From assembly GCF_009914755.1 (NCBI RefSeq), contig NC_060933.1: a stretch of 64,000 bases of DNA; one strand, written 5' to 3'. A program made the translations under genes and the position numbers. The DNA comes from the human T2T-CHM13v2.0 reference genome, Homo sapiens. Below, piece after piece: positions 14,551-27,529 of this stretch; positions within the stretch are counted from its first letter, which is position 1; each line of letters starts with the position of its first letter. Under the pieces are notes generated by a model. It saw only the letters and a program-made list of their open reading frames with translations, ran no database searches and was not told the origin of the DNA.

Positions 14551-15452
14551 ATAGGAGAAACTCATGCAAAAACTGAGAGGCAATGAAGAGCAAGGCATTT
14601 AGAGGAACCACAAGTCATTCTTCATTATTTTAATTTAGAGTATAAGGTGGGAAATAACATAATAAGTCTGAAACAGAAAACACCAACTTTATGGTGCATA
14701 GCTTTGAAAGATATATTAAGCATCTTCAGTTTTTTTCCTAACTAAGGAGGAAAATTAGGACAAATTTTAAGGATGGGCATAAGATAAGACTGAATAAGTA
14801 TGCAGAAGTCAGATCATAGGAAGTTTTGTCTAACATGCTAGGAAGCCTGGCCTTTATCCTATAATAAATAGGGAGACTCTTAAGCAAGCGAGTAAAATAG
14901 TTGTGTTTACAACTCTGACTTGCATAAATGGAGGCAGAAAAGCCACAGATTAATGCACTGATAAAAGCAGAAAATTATACTGTCCTGAACTAAGGTAACA
15001 GCAGTAAAAATGAAAAGGAAACTACATGTTCATGAGTTATTTTTGAGTATTGAGTGTATTGCTCCCAGTTACCAATTTGGTTGGGAATTCTAAGGAGGAG
15101 TTAAAGAAAATTGTTGTGTCACAAAATAAAGCTCCGATTCTCCTTGAGCACTGGCTCCTGGCAAGGACAGAGTCCTAGAGAGAAGCATCACTTTTCTAAA
15201 ACCTTTGTTGACTTCCTGTATTTATTTTAATTGATCTCCTATATTTTAAAGGCATTTTATAAACCAATGTTTGGGATATTTTCCCTACTACTTAGAAACA
15301 CATGAATCAATATACAACTCATGCCAAGCTGATGAAAATGTGAGAAATTCTTAGGGTAAGAGGGAAAAAAAAAACTAAACAAATGGAATGAGTCATATAT
15401 ACTCTCTATTTCCTACCCTGTATATTTAACAGGGGTGGCTTGAATCAATTAA

Positions 15453-15812
<360 letters not shown>

Positions 15813-16850
15813 TAATTTTTATTTTTAATTGACAAATAATAATTATACATATTTATGGTGCATAATGTGATATTTCAGTGCATATATACATGGTGGAATG
15901 AACAAATCAGGCTGATTAACATATCCATTACCTCACAAACTTACCATTTCTTTGGGGTAAGAACATTTAAAATCTAATCTTTTAGCAATTTGGAAATATA
16001 CAATACATTATTATTAACTATAGTCACCATGCTGTGCAACAGATCACCAGATCTTAGTCTTCTTGTCTAACAGAAACTTTGTACCCTTTGACCTACCTTT
16101 CTCCCCCACCCCTCCCAATCCTATATCTTAATATATAAGATAGAGAGCGACAGTTATGTTAAGGAAAGATGGGAACTCAGAGTGGATTTGGCCATGAAAG
16201 ATAAAGTAAAAGCAAGTATAACATGAAAGAACAAAAAAGCATGACTCATATCTGTGCAGGCTTTTTAATATGTTTCTGTCCCTTGCCAAAACAGTAACTC
16301 TTGTTACAACTTCTACCACAAAATTTGGGATCAGGAAATTATGAGTTCTTAGAAGTTACTTAAAATCAACACATAGAGAAATAAGACCTGCAAGAAAGAT
16401 CTCTGTTCTATCATCCTGCAGAAGAGACAATGTGAAGTAGGTTTAATGGAATTTCTCAGAGTCTGGGGAAAAAAATCTGGTTTCCAGGCCTGGATTAATC
16501 ATTAACTAGCTATCTATGTGACACTGGCAAGAACAGTGATGAAAAAGTCATGCAGCAAATATAAGGGGAACGAGGCAAAGACCGTGAAAAAAGAGAATCA
16601 CATAACCTCTCCACTTCTCATCTAAGCCAAGAAGAAGGCTCACAATGATAATATTGACTGACATTTCGAGGGCAGTTCCATTATATGCATCAAAAATAGC
16701 CATTTAAAATGTTCACTACATCAGTAGATTGTCAGTAATTGTTGCTTATCTTATTTCTGCAAACCTGATTATATTTTGGTGATCCTTATATAAAAAAACA
16801 TGTAGTATGGAGATTTAATTTTATTTCAATTCTTATTAAAAAAAAAAATA

Positions 16851-17128
<278 letters not shown>

Positions 17129-17480
17129 ATATTGGGCAATTAACAAGGTTTAATAAACTCCAACTCTATCCCATATCATAGTAGCAAAGCACATGTTTTA
17201 AAATTTTAAAAGGCATATGGATTGGAAAGCACTAATAGTATTATGTTTAAGGGCTCATGAGTAACTAAAAATTCAGACTCATTCTTCAAAGAAATACAGA
17301 TTATCTGTCCAGTTAAGTATAGTGATGAGAAAAATGATAGCTAGTTAATAATTAGAGCTATAAGATAAGGCTGAAGCAGTATGTAGAAGTCAGATCACAG
17401 AAAGTTTTGTCTAACATTTGTTCATCTTTGAGTGCTTAGTATTGCCAGGTTCTATGATAAGCATTTTGCATGCATTATCC

Positions 17481-17763
17481 TTTTTTTTTTTTTGCTTTGT
17501 CACCCAGGCTGGAGTACAGTGGCAGGAACATGGCTCACCGCAGTCTCAACCTCCCAGGCTCAAGCGATCTTTCCTCCTCAGCCCCTGCTAAGTAAGTGGG
17601 ACTACAGGTGCCTGCTACCACACCCAGCTATTTTTTTAGTATTTATAGAGAAAGAGTTTGGCTATGTTGCCCAGGCTGGTCTTGAACTGTCGGCCTCTAT
17701 TAATCCTCCCATCTTGGCCTCCCAGAGTGCTAGAATTACAGGCTTGAGCCATCACACCCAGCC
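17481..17763 (-). mobile_element. AluJ (part of a duplicated block)
   Basis: AluJ consensus. A truncated sister copy lies at 20299-20546. Confidence 0.9.
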
Positions 17764-18097
17764 AGTCCCTTTTTAAAAAATAACCATAATATCCTATGAC
17801 TTCTCTTAACTTCCAAGTACGATTCTCAGTGAACTTGAAATTCTATTCATGCCCATGTTATTTATAATTCACATGATTTATTTCTCATCCAGTGTCTTTT
17901 GCTCAGAAAGACAAAATGCATAGGAAGTTAGCCTGTGCACATTGTAGTATCAAAAGGCACTGGCTTCTGGCCAAGTGTCAGATCATGCCACTGCACTCCA
18001 GCCTGGGTGACGGAGCAAGACCCTGTCTTTTAACAAAAACAAAAACAGAAACAAAAAAACCCCAGGGACTCAAACCTACTGAAAAGACAAAAATTAC

Positions 18098-18300
18098 CTT
18101 TGGATGTCTCAGGAGAAAGTTGGCAGCCTCCTCAAAATATTCCAAATCTGTTACTTCTGGTTTGCGGGGCAGGTCTTCATAGTTATGGTAAGCCAAGGCC
18201 AAGGAGGCGAAGCCACGACTGGCTAGGAGGCTGGCCCGAAATTCAAGCAGCCCACCCAAACCACCAAACAAATCAATTACCCCTGGGAAGAGACCCTCTC
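18098..18300 (-). CDS. BAAT: BAAT middle coding exon (203 nt)
   Basis: Acceptor TTTTTCAG at 18301 and donor AAG|GTAATT at 18098/18097. Encodes ..[30 protein letters not shown]...LLRHPK. Phases fit the flanking exons. Confidence 0.98.
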
Positions 18301-20754
18301 CTGAAAAATAACAAAACAGAATTGTACATGAAGAGAAGGTGTGGAAAAGATAAGAAAACTTGAAAATACAAAGCAGAAATACAAATGATTAGATAATAAA
18401 AGATAAAATAAATAAATAAAAGATAATAAAAACATGAGAACACAAAGCAGAAATGCAAAATTACATTCAAATGTAATTTTGAAATTAACATTTAAATATT
18501 CAAATACAATTCCAACACTTTCAGCCTTCTACCTGGGGCAGAATTAAGGTCCATTGAATATATAATGGAACACAATATCTAGACGTTTGACTAGGAACTA
18601 CATTCAGAGACATATTTACTCTCTGCAGCTGAGGAAATGGGAATTCACAGTAGTTTCTATACTCTTGTTGTAAAGAAAGGCATATAAATTAGGCCAGGGC
18701 TTCTTAACCTATAAAGAAGTATACAAATAAGCTTTAGGAAATCTGTGAAGATCCTGAAATTACAATATATGCAAAATATGGTATATATATATTTGTAGGT
18801 GAATTTTACTTATGAGAGGTTCCACAGATTTAATTTGGTTCTCAAAGAAATACATGATTCAAAAACATTTTTTAAATGATTGTATTAGCTAAAATCCTGA
18901 CTTAACACTGCTCTGCTACATTCATTTGACTATACAGTGATGAAACCTTACACCTAAGCTTATGTAAATGATGAGCCCCTTTATTCAATAACGCCATGTT
19001 CATTTTTTGCAGGCTGACACGTGGTAAAAAGTAGGGACGGCCAGAGTATCATTCTACAGTCACTCTGTATAGGCAGCTTTTTTCCAAAATAAAGCAGAGC
19101 CCACACACTGAAAGAAACTTACGATGCACTTATTAGGGATATTCTATTCTTTTATAAGTGGTTTTAACTAAGACAGAGTGATCCCATCCATATTTGAAAG
19201 AAGTGGCTTGATTTAAAGGAGTATTGGGAATTTTTAAAAATTACTATAATTAAGTACAATGAATAAATAATAAATAAAGTGAAGTTGAATATATCTTAGT
19301 TTTAAATTATCATTTGCATAAATGAATAAGGATGTTTTTACCATCTGATTGACAAGAATGGGGGAACACTTAAAAGTACTGAGTCTTTTATCTTGGAAGA
19401 ATGTTACAGTCATGAAATATTTGTGATCTGACTCAACCTCCTTATAACCTCACACAACTCAGCTCTCTTTTGTTCCCCCGATAGAAAACACACTTGAAGC
19501 GGGAGACCCAGCACATGCAGTGTTCAAGAGGATTCACAAACAGCACACCCTAAACCAGCACATCATCCCAAGATGGAAGGCCTGTACCAATAAGCAGATT
19601 TTTAACTGGGGTGGGATAATAGAGGCACAGCAATTTGTGCCATTTAATTCTTGGTCCCTATACATAATAAAGTGGTCTATATGCTATTTACTGGGTATTT
19701 TAAAAACTCAAATTTATCCGAACAAGTACATGGGTTATGGTGAATTTGGAAAGGAAAGCTTTTATTGCTTTTTTTTCTTCTGAAAAATTAACTTTGCTTT
19801 ATTTGGCCCCACAATAAACTCTGAGAAATGTACCAAAACATGTTTAAACCACTTATTTATTGGTATTTGGAGATTTCTGTGGGAAACTATGAGCGTTCTG
19901 ATAAGTTTTATAGCCATTAGGAAGCATGCTATATTATTAGATTCATGGAATAGTCTATAAATATGTAATATTTATGAAGCTAGAGGTTACAAAGTTTCTT
20001 GCATCCTCTATATTTGCTGCAATCTTTCAGTCCATCTTATCTCCAGCTTGTTGTGGCAACAAGGTAATAACCCATGCCTAAACTGAAACTCAACCTGACA
20101 GAGCCTGTACAAGGATCTGGGATATGGTTTCCATCACATCAAGATGAGGGTCTTCATATAGCTATAAGATTAGAGCTATAAGATAAGGCTGAAGAAGTAT
20201 GCAGAAGTCAGATCATAGAAAGTTTTGTCTAACATTTGTTCATCTTTGAGTGCTTAGTATTGCCAGGTTCTATGATAAGCATTTTGCATGCATTATCCTT
20301 TTTTTTTTTTTTTTTTTTTTTGCTTTGTCACCCAGGCTGGAGTGCAGTATCAGGAACATGGCTCACTGCAGCCTCAATCTCCGAGGCTCAAGAGATCTTT
20401 CCTCCTCAGCCCCTGCTGAGTAGCTGGGACTACAGGTGCCTGCTACCACACCCAGCTAATTTTTTAGTATTTATAGAGAAAGAGTTTGGCTATGTTGCCC
20501 AGGCTGGTCTTGAACTGTTGGCCTCTATTAATCCTCCCATCTTGGCTTCAGTGCAGAAAAATTTAGCATAAATCCAAAGCTATGTAAAGCCCATAATGTA
20601 GGGACTCCATAAACTATATGTAGTCACATTCTTAGACAAGCTTCAGAATTGTTGAGATGAAACTTGAGCTGGAGTAGAATATTACCACATTCTTGTTCAG
20701 ACCCAAGGTTAACATTGATTGTAAGGCAGGAAGCAGTGCTCTAGGTATTATCCA

Positions 20755-20912
20755 TATTCAAGTTAAATTTCTGGAGGGATAATGCATTTAAGGTGGAAAA
20801 ACAATAATAACAATAACCAGAGTAATTCTACAAGCTATTCAAGCTAAATTTCTAGACGGATAATGTATTTAAAGTGGAAAAACAAGAATAACAATAAGCA
20901 GAGTAATTCTAC
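20755..20912. repeat. 81-bp-period tandem duplication next to the BAAT exon 2 donor
   Basis: TATTCAAG...GAGTAATTCTAC starts at 20755 and at 20836. Confidence 0.9.
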
Positions 20913-20916
20913 TCAC

Positions 20917-21382
20917 CTGGAGGGAGAAAGAGAGCTCCTCGAAGGCGGCCTTCTCGAACCTTAATTCGTGTGACACCAGGTGCCACATACCACCTCTCCA
21001 AAGTCAGGCTGGCCTTTGGAGCACTGGCAACTTTATTGTTCACTATTAACTCTAAGTCATAAAGTTTTACTTGGACCTGGAAAGGCCTATTCATCACATC
21101 TCTTTTCAACAGTCTTGTTAATAGCTTTTCAGGTTTCAGAGACCAGAAGAGACCCATGGGGTGGACTCCCATATAATCCCCTCCAAGTGAAGAAGCATGA
21201 TTCAGGTCCACCTCACCGAATTCATTGGCCCTATAGTGGGCTTGAGAATAAAACATGTCTCCGTTTTCATCTTCCAGTGATGCCTGAAAACTCACCATCT
21301 GAAAGGGAATCAGGCCTGTAGCTTGGATATGCACTGGCTCATCAACAAGTGCACTCACAGGGGTAGCTGTCAACTGGATCAT
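20917..21382 (-). CDS. BAAT: BAAT first coding exon (bile acid-CoA:amino acid N-acyltransferase, residues 1-155)
   Basis: ATG at 21382 gives [19 protein letters not shown]...GALFLPP, the ACOT/BAAT N-terminal domain. 466 coding nt end at donor CAG|GTGAGT (20917/20916). Acceptor at 21441 follows a polypyrimidine tract. Confidence 0.98.
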
Positions 21383-21929
21383 TTTTTTAGTGTGGCACCT
21401 GGGATGATTCTTCAGGAATATCTTCAGCAAAACCTCAAAACCTCAAAAAAGAAAGAAAGAGGAGCAGTAAAATAAAGTAGAGATAAGGGTTGATGAAAGG
21501 TGAATTGAATCAGCAGTCAGACCACTTAGGAGTCAGTTCTAACCCTCTAGTTCTTTAGAAACTTCCTGATATAGTCTTCTAGTACAAGACACCTGAGAGC
21601 TTTCAATGAATTTCCAGAAGACAGTAAGCAAGCTGACAAATTTTATAACAATAATGAACCACTGTTAAAGAAGCAGCAGCCAAAATATGCATGAATGGTA
21701 TCAATACATCTAGGAAGATAACACAATCTGTTATACAGAACCTTTAAAAGAAATCAGGTACAATGGAGGATAAAAATAAGATGTGGGTTTGAAAATATGG
21801 TTATTTATTGAACGTTTATATATATATGAGACATTTGACTTCACGCTAATCCCTTCCCCAAGTCCTGGAAACAGAATGCCTTGCATCCAAGAGTTTACCT
21901 GCAACAGAACATAAAAAAATAGAGGGATC

Positions 21930-22285
21930 ATGGAATAGGAATACTATACAGCCATGAAAAAATGAAACCATGTCCTTTGCAGCAACATGGATGCAGCTAA
22001 AGGCCATTTCCCTAAGTGAACTAATGAAGAAACAGATAACCAAATACCTCATGTTCTCAATTATAAGTGGGAGCTAAACATTGGGTACACACGGACATTG
22101 GGAACAGAAGACACTGGGGACTGCAAGAGGACAGAGAGAGGGATGGGGGCAAGGGCTGAAAAACTACCTATTGGGTACTTAATATCAGGGTGACAGGTTC
22201 ACCTCAGCATCATCACACAATATACCTATGTAACAATCCTGCACATATACCCCCGATCCTAAAATGAAAGTTAAAAAAAAAAAAA
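21930..22285 (+). mobile_element. L1 3' end (L1PA/PB)
   Basis: L1 3' UTR consensus with A-tail. Confidence 0.85.
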
Positions 22286-24972
22286 CCCAGAAGGATCTTC
22301 TCAAAAGAATGAGAATAAAATCTTTGGAAAGAACAAAAGGGGTGGTGTGTGTATTGCTCTTTAGAGAAAAAACATCCATAGCTTTGTACTTAGGATTTAC
22401 CCAAAGGAAAGCAAAACTAGAAGCTGACAGGCCATTCAGGTACATAAAAGTCTTGCTGAGCTTTTTGTAACTTTTTAAAAATTAAGAAATGCCCATCTCC
22501 TTTTGATTAGTGTGAAGAAAGCCACAAGAGTTACCACTGTTCTCTCTCTAACAAACACAACTATCTGCATAAACTACAAAATTAGTTTTGGGGTTGTTGG
22601 TTTTTTTTTTTTTTTTTGGTCTTTATTTTTGTTTTGTTTGTAACTCATTAGATTACTGAGAATGCAAAGAATCTACATGAATTGAACTCCAGCAAGTGAC
22701 AAGCTGCTCCATAGGAAACAGAAAGTTTTCTCTCCTACATGCTGATTTACAATTATGATAAAGCAGCAAAAAATAAACCCAACAGAAAAAAATAAGGAGA
22801 AATCAACAGAAAATTTAATGTACTTTTAATGGATATGTGTGGATTGGTTTGATAAACTAGAATTCCAAGAAACTGTAGCCACAGAGTAAGTCTTTCTCTA
22901 TCTGCCAACTTTCCGTAGAGCTTCACCATGTGCTCAGACCGAGATCAGGGGTGCAAGCTGAAAGAAATCTGAGGCATTGCACACCTTCATGTAAAATAAG
23001 GCAGCTGCCTTTCAATGAATGGGGTCAGAGGAGCAGAGTAGAGAGAGAATAGGGAATAGGAAATGAAAACACCCTTATATCATATTTCACAAACTGTTCT
23101 AAAGACAGCAAATTCTTGCTCAGCTGCTTTTCCTTGCTGTAAAATAAGCTACCAGTAATTCTAAACCAATCTAGAATGCATTGTTTCTGGACCAAATATA
23201 AGCATGCATACTTACAAAAATGCTTGGCAATGAGTACTTGGCCTATTTGTCCCCATAGCCATAAAAAATAATGTGATCATGTCTTTTGCAGGAACAGGGA
23301 TGAGTATCAAATAGCTGAGGAAAGACTAGAATTTATTTTTAAATTCTGTGACTGACTTCCAAAAATCCCTTATCACTAGAAGTACTGGCAAAATATCAGA
23401 TATTAAAGGATCAGATTTAATTCTTTGATATAAGCATGAAATTTTTACTGATAGCTTTCAGGGCTAGCATAAACCATTAAGTAACCCAAGAAGCATGAGA
23501 GACAAGAATGAAGTCTAGTATAAAATGCAAGGCAGGCTGAACGATAACGATGTTTTGTTTTATAGGAAAAGTCAACACTAATAATATACTCCAGAGAAAC
23601 TATCACCTACTTGGATGTTTTTAACATTATAGCAAACTAAAACGTCAAGCTTCAAAATGACTAAACCTGTAACTTATAGCTGGAACATTTTGCTGAATTT
23701 GTCATTATACTATAATTTATAGTGTTCAACATCTGAGGACTCAGCACTATCTTGGCAAACAGACTAACTCCTCCCACCCATCAAAGGTCTCGGGGGTAGG
23801 GGCGAAGCCCTTTTCTCCCCATCAATACTGAGCTTTATACCATACAAGAAATCAGTGAAAGGTAAACAACAAGGTACAATGTAATTCTATTATATATTTT
23901 GCTTCTGTTATTTGTGACATATACAAGTATATTTTTGGTTTTGGAGCTATAAATTAATTTAGCAAGCTTCAAAGCTCATAAATTTTAACTTTTCAAATGA
24001 GAAGTAACTTTTCAAATAAAGTTTAGGACTTTACGCCTATTAATTTTACTATCAAAATGTCTGAAGGACTCCATTTAAATAATTATAATTCTTCTAAATA
24101 TCATTTGAAGAATTATTTGTGGACACTAGACTCAAGACTACACTAAATCCAAACAGTACACATGACCTAAGTTTTGAAGTTTCTCATCTCAGTTACCTGT
24201 CTTTCAACTTGCTACTTGCTCTCATGCTTTCATTCACTAAATACAAACTGTCAGATTCTTAAACTGGACCCTCTCCTCCAAGGCCCTATCAGATTAACTT
24301 TGTAAATATGCATCTTCAGTCTTTAAGCACCAACATTTTAAGCTGAGACTAATGCCTAGAGCCACATTTCTAAGTTCAGCACTAAAAATTCATAATTCTG
24401 GGGTATTAGCCTAAAATGTACCTGAAAAGTGAACCAAGTTTCAGATATTTTCATAAATCTTGAAACTCCGAACTAGAATTCCAATATTTTTAAAAATATC
24501 TCTCATGAAGACAAGGCAACTGTATTTACTGCATCAACACTATTAAAGGATAACTGATAGCAACAAAGGGACCTACCCATATTTCAGAAGGCCAAGATTT
24601 GTCATGATAAAATCTAAAAAAATGGGCAAAGGCAATGAGATCCTAAATACCACTATCATAAAAATAATCAGTTTCTATATTTCTATCTTCCTTCTGCTAT
24701 AAGAGGAACCAAAGAAGTCAAATAGATAATTGTTCTGTCTGAGCCAACAATGAAATCTTTAAGAACAGGTATATTCCCTGTTATTGTCTCAGGGCATTAT
24801 ATCATACCTGCTTTATTTAAAAAAAAAAACCTTCAGAAATAAAAATGAGTTAGCCTTGTGAATGTTTTGAAGCATAGTTTCTTGAATTTCTGTGATGAAC
24901 TCTTCAAGCAATTCAATTTTTCAGCGTCATCACTCAAAATTCCCTTTGATATGGGATCTATCCCATGATTAC

Positions 24973-25329
24973 TGATATGGTTTGGCTGTGTTCCCAACCA
25001 AATCTTAACCTTGAATTGTAATAATCCCCACATGTTAAGGGCAGGGCCAGGTGGAAATAAATGAATCACGGGAGTTGTTCCCCCCCATACTGTTCTCATG
25101 GTAGTGAATAAGTCTCACAAGAACTGATGGTTTTATACATGGGAGTTCCCTGCACAAGCTCTTTTGCCTGACACCATGTAAGACATGACTTTGCTTCTCC
25201 TTTGTCTTCTGCTATGATTGTGAGGCCTCTCCAGCCATGTGAAACTTTGAGTCCATTAAACCTCTTTCCTTTATAAATTACCTACTCTCAGGTATGTCTT
25301 TATTAGCAGTGTGTGAACAGACTAATACA
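24973..25329 (+). mobile_element. THE1 solo LTR
   Basis: TGATATGGTTTGGCTGTG...CAGACTAATACA. TSD ATTAC/GTTAC. Confidence 0.93.
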
Positions 25330-25607
25330 GTTACAAAGCAGCTTCCTCCTTTGTTGTTTGTCAGAGTGGCTCTTTGTTCCTTCAGGATCCTAAACTTCTC
25401 ATTCAAAGTCATCTCTGTCTGTTTTCCAGCACAATTTATGTCAATTGTAGGGTTCCACTTTAGGAACTTTCGTTATGTCAGATTGCTTCCATTTTGTTAA
25501 AAATGAAGATACAACAGTATGAATTAATCCTGATTTCTGTGTTAGGCATTGCACTGCTCCAGGATTGTCCAAAGATAGAGTCAAAATTCCTCCGTTTGTG
25601 GTGAAAG

Positions 25608-25937
25608 TGAGACAGCCAGTGGGAAGGAGTCCATGGAAAAACTCCAACCGCGGGCGAACTGGGAGGAATGCACACTGGGGTGCCACCGAAGTTTCTGCTA
25701 TTTGCAGTAGGGAGGAGCCTGGCCCCTCCTCTTCCTGTGTGGAACCTTGGATTCAAATGGCGAGGCAGGGAGCGCACTAGCTGCGATTCCGGCTTTGCCG
25801 AAAGTAACTGTTCCCCCTTTTCTCCTTTTTGCCCAATAAGTTCCATTTTTCTCACTCCGCAAATTGTGAGCCTAAATTTTTGTGGCCGTGGGACAAGGAC
25901 CACATCTTTAGCTGAACTAAAAAGAAGTCCTGCAACA
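25608..25937 (+). mobile_element. ERV1 solo LTR (MER61/MER52-like)
   Basis: TG...CA ends and the TTAGCTGAACTAA...TCCTGCAACA terminus. Interrupts the FYTTD1 retrocopy. Confidence 0.75.
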
Positions 25938-27529
25938 AAAATCTGCCATTGATGAGTTCTCTTTCCGACTACGTTATCCAGCAGTTGCTGTTGTGTTCAA
26001 CTGGGTCTGAACCTTCACGTCTCTTCTGAAATGAAAAGTTGCCTGACGCATGTGTTTCTGATGGCTTAATTTATTTCCATTCTTGGTAAAATTGGCTGGA
26101 ATGTTTTTTTTTTTCTGTTTAGCTGGTTAGGTCCCTTGAGAACTGCAACTGGTTTTTTTCTGCACTTCATATTTGTCCCAGAAGGTTTGCCTTCCTTTTT
26201 AACACTAGAAAATATCGTTCTATATTCCTGTCACCTAGAGACGGATGATTCATAGGATTAATTTCTTTGTGAATTCCAGTTGCTTTCCTAGATGCAAGGC
26301 CAGTGATAACTCCATAAAGCTGTCTCTTTCCAGGCATTACTCATCCTCTGTGCTCAGACTAGTCTTACCAAAGCCAGAATTCTGTTGAATTCTCCATCAT
26401 ATGCTCATCCTGAATTGCCAGGCTCCAGTTAGAAAATTATGCTTCTTTCCTCCCTGTCAATTTAGTTTGATGATATCATCCAAAGACATACCAATTTTGT
26501 TGAGATTTTCATTGTTGCGGGCTTTCAGTGGCAGCAATGGGGTCACCCTGCCTCCCACCAACCAGGTACCAAAATGGTTCATGGCTGGGGATGCCTCACT
26601 AGAACAGTCAGCAGAGAAGGCCACAGTTGGAGGCCTGCCACCTCCCACTCACGCACAAAGACTAGCTGCATTGTTGGAGGCCTGCCACCTCCCACTCGTG
26701 CACAAAGACTAGGAGCATGTAGGCATGCTGGCCCGGTTTAGTGGTATTTTAAAGATTGTTTCAAAATGAATGGAAGAAATGATATAGATACAAATAAATA
26801 GATCTAAAAGTTAGAGAAAGAGAAACATAGAAAGCAATTTTGTAAGAGGGCATTAATGGGCATTAGGTAGATTCCATGTCTTTGAAACTGTGAAAAGCTA
26901 TTGTGAATAGTGCTGCAATGAACTTTCATATGCATGTGTCTTTATGGTAGAGTGATTTATTTATATTCCTTTGGATAGAGAAAAGCTTTATGGAATTCTT
27001 GTGTGGTCAAAAGCTGAGTGAGAGTCAATGAAATCATTCATAAAATTTTATTAAAATTAGCTTTACTATTGATAATACTCTAATACAAAGCAAAATTTAG
27101 TTTTCTCTTTTGAACAAGATTTTTGGATAGTATTAATGAGAGATAATAAAATTTTTGTTTACCTTTTGAGTCTTAATACAACACTATCAAATGTTGGGTG
27201 GACCAAAGGGAGTCCCTGCTGGTTCCCCAACATTAAAGAGCCCCAAATCAGTTTTCTATATTTACACCAGATTGGGGAAGTTTCAAAAATCAGAAGGCAA
27301 AAATTACAATGAGAAAGCTGATTAATAATTTCCTGGGGCAATGTGGAGACAGACTAATCAGATAAAGATTGACAAAAAGGCCCACATCCCTTGGCTCAAC
27401 TCCTTGCTGGGAACCCAGAGGTTTTTTCACAAGAGAGGGTAAAATGGTCTGGGGGTGGAGTACAGAAGTTCCTGAGACTAGAGCATAAAATATAAGGATT
27501 GATAGGATTATAAAAGCTAAAATGTTTAC

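Larger units (their letters stand above)
17351..20546 (+). repeat. Direct repeat pair (~370 bp; 17351-17718 and 20169-20546) flanking BAAT exon 3
   Basis: Near-identical unique flank plus AluJ with shared private variants. Confidence 0.9.
24958..26582 (-). pseudogene. FYTTD1P1: FYTTD1 (UIF) processed pseudogene in BAAT intron 1; UTR remnants extend on both sides
   Basis: MNHFGTWLVG...KARNNENLNKIGMSLDDIIKLN (UAP56-binding motif) and TTNGGILTLSLDNPGAVQC. Intronless, with stops. Interrupted by THE1 and ERV1 LTRs. Confidence 0.9.

Noticed and set aside
21383-21430. N-terminal extension of BAAT ([16 protein letters not shown]) in the ORF track
   Set aside because: It starts at TTG within the 5' UTR. 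The real start is the ATG at 21382.
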